DNA from: Candidatus Omnitrophota bacterium
GTDB taxonomy: Bacteria > Omnitrophota > Gorgyraeia > Zapsychrales > Fredricksoniimonadaceae
DNA length: 64,000 bases
Assembly (NCBI GenBank): GCA_030650275.1
Contig: JAUSEK010000011.1
Span: forward strand, 73,890 to 137,889
Reading direction: 5' to 3'
Position 1 is the first letter of the stretch. The number at the start of each line of letters is the position of its first letter. The notes under the pieces were generated by a model that saw only the letters and a list, made by a program, of their open reading frames with translations, had not been told where the DNA came from and did no database searches. Made by a program: the position numbers and the translations under genes. Below are positions 56,004 through 64,000 of the stretch, one piece after another.

Positions 56004-56725
56004 GAGGTGTTCTGCTTGCCGGAGGCACCGGCGCAAGGCTGCGTCCGCTGACCAATGTGACCAACAAGCATTTGCTGCCCGTGTATAAGAAGCCGATGAT
56101 CTTTTATCCGCTGCAGACATTGATCGATGCCGGCATCAAGGATATTTTGATCGTCACCGGAGGAGAGCATGTCGGGGATTTCTTCAGGCTGTTGGGGTCC
56201 GGAAAGAATTGGGGCGCGCGCTTCAGCTATGAGATCCAGGAAGGCAATGCCGGGACCGGGGCCGCTTTATTACTGGCGGAAGATTTTGTGCGTGATGAAG
56301 AATTCATGGTGATCCTGGGTGACAATGTGGTCACCGAAGATGTGTCGCGGTTCGTGAAAAGTTTTAAGAAAGAAAAAGAGCGGTTCAAGGCCAAAATTTT
56401 GATCGCCAAGGTCCCGGACCCGCAAAATTACGGGGTGGTGACCTTTAAGGGTAAAAAGATCTCCGGCATCATTGAGAAACCCAAGGACCCCCGTTCCCCA
56501 TACGTCAATACCGGTTTATGGATGTTTTTGCCCGACGTATTCGGACACCTGAAACAGCTTAAGAAAAGCCCCCGGGGAGAGTATGAGATCACCGATGTTC
56601 TGGCTTATTATGTCAAGCAGGGGCTGTTGACGTACTCCGTTTTAAGGTCCGCGTGGACCGATGCCGGTTCGTTTGATTCTTTGTATAGAGCAACGGTCCT
56701 GATGAGGCGGCTGGAATCAAGATGA
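56000..56725 (+). CDS. rmlA: Glucose-1-phosphate thymidylyltransferase (short RmlA/SpsI type)
   Basis: LAGGTGARLRPLT...NKHLLPVY.KPMI, LGDN, EKP, SPRGEYEITD, WTDAG. Confidence 0.85.
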   Translation: MRGVLLAGGTGARLRPLTNVTNKHLLPVYKKPMIFYPLQTLIDAGIKDILIVTGGEHVGDFFRLLGSGKNWGARFSYEIQEGNAGTGAALLLAEDFVRDEEFMVILGDNVVTEDVSRFVKSFKKEKERFKAKILIAKVPDPQNYGVVTFKGKKISGIIEKPKDPRSPYVNTGLWMFLPDVFGHLKQLKKSPRGEYEITDVLAYYVKQGLLTYSVLRSAWTDAGSFDSLYRATVLMRRLESR

Positions 56726-57558
56726 ATATCCTGGTGACAGGGGCCGGCGGCTTTGTCGGCAAAAGCTTGTGTCCGCGCCTGGTCCAACGCGGGCATAACG
56801 TGTCCGGCCTTGCCCACGACATCACCACACCTTTTCCTTCACCTCTTCGTTTTGATCTGGTCGTTCATTTGGCCGCGCATAATGTGACTCACGTCGGGGA
56901 CCAGGACAACGGTCTTTACGCGCGCGTCAATGTCCAGGGCACAAAGAACGTGCTGGAGGCCGTTGACGCCGGGCATTTTATATTTTTGTCCACGGCGAAG
57001 GTCTATAAGAACGAAGGCCTGCCTGCCGGCCAGGCAGGCCTGCCGTTGACCGAAGATTCTCCCCTGGGTCCCGTGGGCGCTTATGAAGCAAGCAAGTTGA
57101 AAGCGGAAGAGGCCTGCCGTTCATTTTTTAAAGGCAAACGTCTGGTCATTTTAAGGCCGGTCAATATCATGGGCGAAGGCCAGGCGCCCAAAGCCCTGCT
57201 TCCTATTTTCTTTCAGAAGGCCAGACAGCATCAGCCCTTAGAGATCATGGGTTCAGCCCGCACGCCTGTTCAGTTCGTCTATGTGGACGATGTGGCGGAT
57301 GCTGTTGAAGCTGTGATAGATCATCAGGAAGTTGACGGCATTTTCAATATTGCCTGTGATCAGATCGTGACCATTGAAGAATTGGCCCGCAAGGTCATTG
57401 CGTTGACCTGTTCGTCTTCACCGTTAAATATGCCCGGCGGCAGGGAGGATGTCCCCTGCTCGAGGGTCATTTGCGATAAGGCCCTGCGGCAATTGGGGTG
57501 GAAGGCCAAAACCGGTTTGGAAGAAATCCTGCAGAGATACCAGGAAAATGCCGCCTAA
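56722..57558 (+). CDS. NAD-dependent epimerase/dehydratase with 7-aa palindromic insertion
   Basis: TGAGGFVG, HLAA, LSTAKVY, YEASK, VYVDDVA. Confidence 0.85.
   Translation: MNILVTGAGGFVGKSLCPRLVQRGHNVSGLAHDITTPFPSPLRFDLVVHLAAHNVTHVGDQDNGLYARVNVQGTKNVLEAVDAGHFIFLSTAKVYKNEGLPAGQAGLPLTEDSPLGPVGAYEASKLKAEEACRSFFKGKRLVILRPVNIMGEGQAPKALLPIFFQKARQHQPLEIMGSARTPVQFVYVDDVADAVEAVIDHQEVDGIFNIACDQIVTIEELARKVIALTCSSSPLNMPGGREDVPCSRVICDKALRQLGWKAKTGLEEILQRYQENAA
57015..57041. repeat. Perfect 11-bp-stem palindrome, REP-like in-frame insertion
   Basis: AGGCCTGCCTG-CCGGC-CAGGCAGGCCT. GGCCTGCC also occurs as a direct repeat at 57016 and 57037. Confidence 0.8.
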
Positions 57559-58663
57559 GAAGATCAAAATATTGGTTTGCGGTGTTTTGCCGCCGCCGAA
57601 TTTCGGACATAGCATGATTTATAAGATGCTGATGGCGTCCTCGTTTGCCAACGCGTTTGAGACCAAATTCCTGAACATGCGGTTTTGGACCTACGGCACT
57701 GATCAAAAGGTGACGGCGGGAAAGCTTTTTAAGATGGTCAAATATTATGCGGTGTTCGTTTGGACCCTGCTTTTTTGGCGGCCTGAATATGTCCTTTATA
57801 ACAGCAGTTTCTATCGGATGCCGTTTTTGAAGGACCTTTTATTCTGTTGGACAGGGATCATTTTAGGAAGCAAGTTCATATTTCATGATCTGGGACAGTA
57901 TGTGAGGGAACTGGACGGGTCCTTGGAGGGGCTCAAGAAGTCGGCCCTGCGCTGGATGCTTAAGAACATGGGCGGGAGCATCATCATGGGCGAGAAAGTG
58001 CGTCAGGATTACGACGGCCTGGCAGATCCAGCGAAACTTTTTGTCGTCCCCGGCGCGGCAGAGGACTCCAAAGAGACCGTGATCGATGCCCCCAAAATTT
58101 CAGGGCGGATCAACGTTTTGTATTTTTCCCATATGAGCCGTTTAAAAGGCGTGTACACGGCTTTTGAGGCGGTGTCCCGCGTCCTTCAAGAACGCGCGGA
58201 TATTATGGCGACCTTTGGCGGGCCGATGGAGGACCAGGAAGTCAAAAGCCGCCTGGAAGAATTACAAAAGGGTTATCCCCAAAGGGTCCATTATCTGGGA
58301 TATGTAGAGGATGCGGTTGAACGGACAAGAATTTTCAGGCAGGCGGACATTTTTATTTTTCCGACCCTCAGGGACGTATTCGGACTTGTTCTTTTGCATG
58401 CGATGGCCGAGGGATTACCGGTGGTGGCCTCGCGAGAAGGCTCGATCCCTGAAATTGTACCGGAGGACACGAACGCCCTGCTCGTTGATAAAGGGGATGC
58501 AAAGGCCCTGGCTGACAAGATACTTCTTTTGGCGGACGATCGTCATTTGCGCGAGGAGATGGGCCAGGCCAACCGCCGCAGGTATTTAGACCACTATTCG
58601 CCGCAGGTGTACGGCCGCAAAATGGTTGAAGTTTTTGAACAGATCCACGGTATTATTCGTTAG
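57548..58663 (+). CDS. GT4 glycosyltransferase
   Basis: LPPP..G, KG, ADIFIFPT..DVFGLVLLHAMAEGLPVV...GSIPEI. Confidence 0.88.
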   Translation: MPPKKIKILVCGVLPPPNFGHSMIYKMLMASSFANAFETKFLNMRFWTYGTDQKVTAGKLFKMVKYYAVFVWTLLFWRPEYVLYNSSFYRMPFLKDLLFCWTGIILGSKFIFHDLGQYVRELDGSLEGLKKSALRWMLKNMGGSIIMGEKVRQDYDGLADPAKLFVVPGAAEDSKETVIDAPKISGRINVLYFSHMSRLKGVYTAFEAVSRVLQERADIMATFGGPMEDQEVKSRLEELQKGYPQRVHYLGYVEDAVERTRIFRQADIFIFPTLRDVFGLVLLHAMAEGLPVVASREGSIPEIVPEDTNALLVDKGDAKALADKILLLADDRHLREEMGQANRRRYLDHYSPQVYGRKMVEVFEQIHGIIR

Positions 58664-58689
58664 ACAACTAAAAGCATGAACGCTATACT
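58661..58689 (+). promoter_or_regulatory. Putative sigma70 promoter for the ligase/export genes
   Basis: TAGACA (58661-58666), 17 bp, TATACT (58684-58689). Confidence 0.5.
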
Positions 58690-58746
58690 ATTTGCGATTT
58701 ATGGACGATCCGACGTGTATTTTAGGCAAATGTTGACCAGGATGAA

Positions 58747-60201
58747 ATGATGGAACGTATCGCCTTATTTTTGATCGGCTTGTATTCGCTGGGCAGCGCC
58801 AGGTGGGGGTCCAATTTTTCCGAATACCACCTGTCGCTTCCTTCCCTGGATTTTCCTGTATTTATCAGCGAGATCCTGCTCGCCGTTTGTCTGCTGCTGT
58901 GGGCGGTCCAATATGAGCGGCAGAAGATGGTCTGGACCAAGGGACATAAACTGTTCGTTATTTATTGGGCTTTTGTGGTGGTCAAGGCCCTGGGAGAGTA
59001 CGGGGCATGGGGGCCGCTGGCCTTTCGTAACGCGGCGCTTTTTTATTATCCGGCGTTCGCTTTTCTGGGCTATTGTTTTTATAAACGGGAATATTTCAGT
59101 CCATGGTCCATTTACGCCGCCTTGGCATTGTGCATTGTCCTTTCGATCCGGCTTTTTGACACCGGTTATTTCGTATACACCCTGTTCGCGCTGGCCGTGG
59201 TGCTGCTCTTTCATGTCCGTCCTGTGGTCTTGCGCGCGGTGTTGGCCGTTATTTTGATAGGATCGGCGAACTATGCGGGGATGTTTGTCGGCAGCCGCAC
59301 GAATTTGATGGGAACGCTGGCGGCTTTGCTTTTTTTGATCGTGGTTTTTGTCCGCTATTTTTTAAAAGGCGGGTCCAGAGTCAAGACAGCGGTTGGCGCT
59401 GCCGTTGTCCTTGCCGTGCTGGCCGGGGTGGTCCATTTCGCGGACAGGAATGGCGTCCGGTCCCTTTTAAAAGTACGTAACCTGTATCAGATCTATCTGG
59501 ACGACAACGCGTATATCGCACAATTGAAGCAGCATTATCAACCGCGGCCGTTGACGGTGGCTTTGTATAACGACAATGCGGCGCTGAAGATACAGCGCAC
59601 GCCGGCAGCACCGGCCCCGCAACAACAGATGGTGAGTCCGCCGGCTTCCGTTCCTGTTGCGGCTCCTGCCCCACAGAGGCAGACATCTTCGGCATCTACG
59701 GAGCCTACGGGGCCTGTTGCCGCGCAACAGATCTACAGGTCCCTGGCGGATGCCCAAGGCAATGCCGTGTTCAGGCTTTTGATATGGCGAGATATGTTCG
59801 AAGAGTTAAAAGAGCATCCTCTGCGGGGTGTGGGGTTTGGAAAGCCCCAACGTTCGCCGTCGCTTGAGATCATGAATTGGGGGTTTGGTGACTGGAACCG
59901 GGATGGATGGATCACGCCGCACAATGTGTATTTGCACATGATCTACCGTCTGGGCATTGTGGGCGCGCTGGTGATCGTAGTCCTGTTCGGCGTGGTATTT
60001 TATCTGACCAAAAACTTTATATTATTGCGGTCCAAGGACGGGATACTTTTGGTCAGCATCTTGATTTACTGGCTGATGGCATGCAATTCCCTTGTGATCC
60101 TTGAACTGCCTCATTATGCCATCCCTTTCTGGACGCTGATGGGCCTGACATTGGCGTATTGTAACGAACAACGTAAAAATAAGGCCTTAAGGAACACATG
60201 A
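58747..60201 (+). CDS. O-antigen ligase/O-oligosaccharyltransferase-like (Wzy_C/WaaL) membrane protein
   Basis: About 11 TM helices; GSRT, R..IW, HPLRGVGFG, PHNVYLHMIYRLGIVG; Pro/Ala-rich insert in the large loop. Confidence 0.8.
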   Translation: MMERIALFLIGLYSLGSARWGSNFSEYHLSLPSLDFPVFISEILLAVCLLLWAVQYERQKMVWTKGHKLFVIYWAFVVVKALGEYGAWGPLAFRNAALFYYPAFAFLGYCFYKREYFSPWSIYAALALCIVLSIRLFDTGYFVYTLFALAVVLLFHVRPVVLRAVLAVILIGSANYAGMFVGSRTNLMGTLAALLFLIVVFVRYFLKGGSRVKTAVGAAVVLAVLAGVVHFADRNGVRSLLKVRNLYQIYLDDNAYIAQLKQHYQPRPLTVALYNDNAALKIQRTPAAPAPQQQMVSPPASVPVAAPAPQRQTSSASTEPTGPVAAQQIYRSLADAQGNAVFRLLIWRDMFEELKEHPLRGVGFGKPQRSPSLEIMNWGFGDWNRDGWITPHNVYLHMIYRLGIVGALVIVVLFGVVFYLTKNFILLRSKDGILLVSILIYWLMACNSLVILELPHYAIPFWTLMGLTLAYCNEQRKNKALRNT

Positions 60202-61013
60202 TGACCCTGATCCAGCCATCCCGCGGCTGGCGCCACATTGATTTTCGTGAAATTTGGGCCTACCGCGAGCTTTTATATTTTTTCACCTGGCGGGACCTGA
60301 AGATCCGCTATAAACAAACCGTCATCGGTGTTTTATGGGCGGTCCTGCAGCCATTTTTAACGATGGTTGTCTTCTCTGTATTTTTTGGCCACTTTGTTAA
60401 AGTCCCGTCGGAAGGGGTCCCGTATCCCATCTTTGTTTATTTGGGGCTTCTGCCATGGACATTATTTTCACAGAGCTTATCCAGAGCATCTGAAAGCGTT
60501 GTTTCCCATTCAAATCTTATCAAAAAAGTGTATTTTCCGCGGTTGATCATTCCGGTCTCGGCTTCCTTGTCCGCTGTGGTCGATTTTTTCATTTCCCTTG
60601 TCATTCTTTTGATCATGATGTTGTTTTATAAGATCGTCCCTGCCGTGGGCATCATTTACCTTCCTTTTTTGGTCATGTTGTGCTTTTTGTGCAGCATTGG
60701 AATAGGTTTTTGGCTGGCCGCGATCAATGTTATGTACCGGGACGTCCGCTATGCCATTCCATTTCTGATCCAGTTGGGGATGTATGTTACACCCGTGATC
60801 TATCCCGTGAGCGTCGTTCCGGAAAAATTTTCCTGGATCATTTATCTGAATCCAATGACCGGCATTATTGAAGGTTTTCGGGCGTCTCTGTTGGGATACA
60901 AGGCCATGCCGGTCGCCGGGATCGGCATTTCATTTTTGGTGACGGTCATTTTTTTGTTATCCGGCCTGTTTTATTTTCGTAAAGTGGAACGCGTTTTTGC
61001 CGATGTGATCTAA
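60198..61013 (+). CDS. wzm: ABC-2 polysaccharide export permease
   Basis: RDLKIRYKQT.IG.LW, LIKKVYFPR, RDV, TPVIYP, NPM.GIIE.FR, FADVI. Confidence 0.93.
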   Translation: MMTLIQPSRGWRHIDFREIWAYRELLYFFTWRDLKIRYKQTVIGVLWAVLQPFLTMVVFSVFFGHFVKVPSEGVPYPIFVYLGLLPWTLFSQSLSRASESVVSHSNLIKKVYFPRLIIPVSASLSAVVDFFISLVILLIMMLFYKIVPAVGIIYLPFLVMLCFLCSIGIGFWLAAINVMYRDVRYAIPFLIQLGMYVTPVIYPVSVVPEKFSWIIYLNPMTGIIEGFRASLLGYKAMPVAGIGISFLVTVIFLLSGLFYFRKVERVFADVI

Positions 61014-61016
61014 ATT

Positions 61017-62288
61017 ATGAGCCGATCTGTGATCAAAACCTGGGGTCTGGGGAAGGAATATCAAGTCGGCGAGCGCGGGCCCGGGTATCAGACCCTGCGC
61101 GATACGTTATCCAACTATTTTAAACCGGGCAGTTCCCATGTCAAAATTAGCCAGGAGAAGATCTGGGCGGTCAAGGATGTTTCATTTGAGGTCCAACAGG
61201 GTGAAATTATCGGGATCATCGGAAAGAACGGGGCCGGGAAAAGCACCCTGCTCAAGGTCCTTTCGCGTATTACGGAACCGACGGAAGGAAAGGCACAGAT
61301 CCATGGCCGTGTGGGGTCACTTTTGGAGGTGGGGTCCGGTTTTCATCTGGAATTGACCGGACGGGAAAATATTTTTCTCAACGGCGCTATTTTGGGGATG
61401 TCTAAAAGAGAAATAACCGGAAAATTTGATGCCATTGTGGATTTTGCCGAGGTGTCCCGGTTCATTGATACGCCGGTCAAGTTTTATTCAAGCGGCATGT
61501 ATGTCCGGCTTGGTTTTGCCGTCGCGGCTTTTATGGAAACCGAGATCCTTTTGCTGGATGAGGTTTTGGCTGTTGGCGATGTGGCGTTTCAAAAGAAATG
61601 CCTTGGAAGGATCGGAGACATCGCGCAAAGCGGAAGAACGATCTTCTTTGTCAGTCACAATATGGCCGCGATCAAGAACCTGTGCCACCGGGTATTGCTT
61701 TTTGAGCAGGGAAGGATGGTTCTTGATACGCATGCGGATGAAGCAGTCGCGCGTTATTTAGAGCAGCATATTACTGAAGGGGCCGTGGCTGACGAAGCAG
61801 AATGCGCCAAGAATGTTGTCGGAAAACGGGAGGTCGATGTAAACTTACGTTATCTTGAGGTGGCTGTTTTGAACAAGGAAGGAAAGCCGGCTGATCATTT
61901 CTTTTCGGATGAGCCGATCGATATTGCCGTCACCTATCAGTGCTTGTGTCCCGTTGCTGATCTATGGATAGCGGTGCAAATTGTTGATGAGGACAACCAG
62001 CCGCTTTTGATCAGTAATAATGTGGACGAAAAAAAAGAGTTTGAGTTCTATAAGCGTGAAGCCGGTATTTATAGATCGCTGTGCCGCATCGAAGGGAACC
62101 TTTTGGGAGAAAAACAATTCTATATCAGCGTCCAGTTGTTCTCTGTTACGACAGAGCGCCTCAGATTGAATAAAATACTTAAGTTTGCGGTCCAGTTCAA
62201 AGGATACAACAACATCCACGATGATCTGACAAAAAGCGTGTATTTCAGGCCGCATTGCAAATGGGAAACACGGTTAATACAAAAATAG
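61017..62288 (+). CDS. wzt: ABC polysaccharide export ATPase with C-terminal carbohydrate-binding domain
   Basis: GKNGAGKSTL, GFHLELTGREN, YSSGMYVRL, DEVLAVGD, VSH; ~170-aa C-terminal extension. Confidence 0.93.
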   Translation: MSRSVIKTWGLGKEYQVGERGPGYQTLRDTLSNYFKPGSSHVKISQEKIWAVKDVSFEVQQGEIIGIIGKNGAGKSTLLKVLSRITEPTEGKAQIHGRVGSLLEVGSGFHLELTGRENIFLNGAILGMSKREITGKFDAIVDFAEVSRFIDTPVKFYSSGMYVRLGFAVAAFMETEILLLDEVLAVGDVAFQKKCLGRIGDIAQSGRTIFFVSHNMAAIKNLCHRVLLFEQGRMVLDTHADEAVARYLEQHITEGAVADEAECAKNVVGKREVDVNLRYLEVAVLNKEGKPADHFFSDEPIDIAVTYQCLCPVADLWIAVQIVDEDNQPLLISNNVDEKKEFEFYKREAGIYRSLCRIEGNLLGEKQFYISVQLFSVTTERLRLNKILKFAVQFKGYNNIHDDLTKSVYFRPHCKWETRLIQK

Positions 62289-62980
62289 GGGCGATCATTT
62301 TGAGCCGGTACAATTCCGCGCGGCTTCCCGGAAAAGCTTTGATCAAAATAGCCGGTAAGGAAGCACTAGGTTATATCTACGAACGTTTGCTTTGCGTGAT
62401 GGCCCCGGAAGATATTGTTGTGGCGACGTCGGAAGAAAAAGATGATCAGGCGATCGTTGATTATTGCGCGGCCCGGAAGATGAATTATTTCCGGGGCCCC
62501 AAGGACAATGTGGCCCAGCGGTTTCTTTTATGCGGACAACAATTTCATTTTGATCACCTGGTCCGGATCTGCGGGGACAATGTTTTGGTGGACCATCGTT
62601 TATTAAAGAGGATGATCGAAATTGCTTTGAAAGGCGAATATGATCTTGTCAGCAATGCCAAGGACAGGACGTTTCCTGCGGGAATGAGCATAGAAATTGT
62701 TAAGCGCAGTTTTTATGAGCGCATCATCCAGCAAATCATGTCTAAAGAAGACCAAGAACATGTCACAAGCTATCTTTATAAACGCGAAAATCTTGGGAAA
62801 TATTTCTTTGTTTACAATGAGGATTGTCCACGGATGAAAGGCGTTAAATTGGCCCTGGATGATGCGGCTGATCTTCATTTTTTAACGAAAATTATTACAG
62901 CCATGGAAAAAGATCACTGCTCGTATTTGCTCAAGGACATTGAGCGGCTCATGGACCGGTTTAAAATATGCAGAAGCTAA
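62261..62980 (+). CDS. SpsF-type cytidylyltransferase (second copy)
   Basis: SRYNSARLPGKAL, VATS, RICGDN, P.GMSIE, EHVTSY, LDD..D. Start uncertain. Confidence 0.8.
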   Translation: MGNTVNTKIGAIILSRYNSARLPGKALIKIAGKEALGYIYERLLCVMAPEDIVVATSEEKDDQAIVDYCAARKMNYFRGPKDNVAQRFLLCGQQFHFDHLVRICGDNVLVDHRLLKRMIEIALKGEYDLVSNAKDRTFPAGMSIEIVKRSFYERIIQQIMSKEDQEHVTSYLYKRENLGKYFFVYNEDCPRMKGVKLALDDAADLHFLTKIITAMEKDHCSYLLKDIERLMDRFKICRS

Positions 62981-63978
62981 ACGTCGGTATCATCGGTTTG
63001 GGGGTAGGCGAAAGGCATTTGGAGGCGTACGCGGAACACGCGCGGTGCGGCTCGATCACCGTTTGTGATTTTGACGGCAAGAAAGTCAAACGCATCCAGA
63101 AAGAATATCCTGCCGTTAAGGTGGCCCGTGATGCCAACGAGATCCTGACAGATCCGAACATACAGGTCGTGTCCATCGCCTCCTACGATCATTATCATTA
63201 TGCCCAGGTGTGCCAGGCCGTCAAAAACAACAAGCATGTGTTCGTTGAGAAACCGATATGCCTTCATCCGCGTGAAGCAAAGACCATCAAAAAACTCCTG
63301 AACACCAGGCCGCATTTGAAGATCTCTTCCAATCTCATTTTGCGCAAGTCCCCGCGTTTTCAATTATTGAAAAAGATGATCGCTTCAGGAAAACTGGGGA
63401 CCATTTATCACGTGGAAGGCGACTACAATTACGGCCGGCTGCATAAAATTACTGAAGGGTGGCGGGGAAAGATCGATTTTTATTCAGTTGTGTATGGCGG
63501 GGGGGTCCATATGATCGACCTGATCCTGTGGTTGACAGGCGATCAAGTTGTCGAGGTCAGCGCCTGCGGGAACAATATCTCCAGCCGCGCCACCCAATTC
63601 CGCTACAATGACATGGTCACAGGTCTGTTGAAATTCAAAAGTTCAATGACGGCAAAGGTGTCTGCCAATTATAGTTGTGTCCAGCCGCATTTTCACGGCC
63701 TTACGATTTACGGGACCAAAGGCACCTTTATCAATGGTCCCCAGCATGCCTTGCTATATACCTCGCGGGACCCTTTGATCAGACCAAAGAAGATCGTTGG
63801 TCCCTATCCGGGAATTCATAAAGGGGCTTTGATCCGCGGGTTTGTTGATGCGATCGTCCGTGGGACCGAACCCGAGGTCACCCAAAAAGAGATCTTTCAG
63901 GTGATGGATGCGTGTTTTGCCTTAGAAAAAGCGGTCCAAAGAAACGGAGTTCGCGTTGCGCAGCATCCCATTCGGTAA
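62968..63978 (+). CDS. Gfo/Idh/MocA-family oxidoreductase
   Basis: GIIGLGVG, KHVFVEKP, GGGVHMIDL. Confidence 0.88.
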   Translation: MQKLNVGIIGLGVGERHLEAYAEHARCGSITVCDFDGKKVKRIQKEYPAVKVARDANEILTDPNIQVVSIASYDHYHYAQVCQAVKNNKHVFVEKPICLHPREAKTIKKLLNTRPHLKISSNLILRKSPRFQLLKKMIASGKLGTIYHVEGDYNYGRLHKITEGWRGKIDFYSVVYGGGVHMIDLILWLTGDQVVEVSACGNNISSRATQFRYNDMVTGLLKFKSSMTAKVSANYSCVQPHFHGLTIYGTKGTFINGPQHALLYTSRDPLIRPKKIVGPYPGIHKGALIRGFVDAIVRGTEPEVTQKEIFQVMDACFALEKAVQRNGVRVAQHPIR

Positions 63979-64000
63979 ACCGATCATTTTGGAAGAAGAA
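63956..64000 (+). CDS. Probable start of a DegT-family aminotransferase (runs off window)
   Basis: GGAG at 63946, then TTG 63956 reading (M)RSIPFGKPIILEEE, which resembles DegT/PseC N-termini; only 15 codons visible. Confidence 0.5.
   Translation, partial: MRSIPFGKPIILEEE

Noticed and set aside
10924-57548. Extended 5' starts in the ORF track (10924, 12991, 18086, 22272, 24471, 25099, 26900, 28559, 39267, 46731, 52474, 55841, 57449)
   Set aside because: Most overlap upstream genes; downstream ATGs with an RBS or stop-start coupling fit the family N-termini better.
1-64000. CRISPR array, tRNA/rRNA, prophage, defence or secreted-antibiotic cluster
   Set aside because: No spaced repeats, structural RNA signatures, phage genes or NRPS/PKS genes were seen; Wzm/Wzt, the ligase and the GTs point to surface glycans.

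Overview
This window is one continuous, entirely plus-strand cell-surface glycan biosynthesis region of about 55 genes from a bacterium of moderate GC. The organism cannot be identified from the sequence. Bases 1-2972 hold the 3' end of a PDH-E1-beta-like gene, a 5'-truncated cobalamin-dependent methionine synthase (MetH C-terminal half only) and a BtuF-like protein without a signal peptide. A GtrB-like GT2, a radical SAM enzyme and a GT-C glycosyltransferase follow (3032-6180). At 6201 a consensus sigma70 promoter with a perfect 15-bp palindrome (GTTCAATAATTGAAC) precedes a MarR-like EPS regulator and a pseudaminic-acid-type module: pseB, an RmlD-like::PseC fusion, AKR, class III aminotransferase, SpsF, GNATs and pseI, with no recognisable pseG. 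At 17989 the same promoter boxes and palindrome recur, together with a 14-codon relic of the regulator's N-terminus. They precede a ~40 kb run: a heptose/branched amino-sugar module, carbamoyl-, methyl- and B12-radical-SAM tailoring enzymes, two TIGR04372-like GTs, an IS3-family relic, a PglK-like flippase, an aldolase/dehydrogenase/KdsB module, rmlB/rmlA and GTs. The window ends with a WaaL-like ligase, wzm/wzt and the start of another CMP-sugar module. No rRNA, tRNA or CRISPR array was seen. All product calls rest on motif recognition, not database searches.
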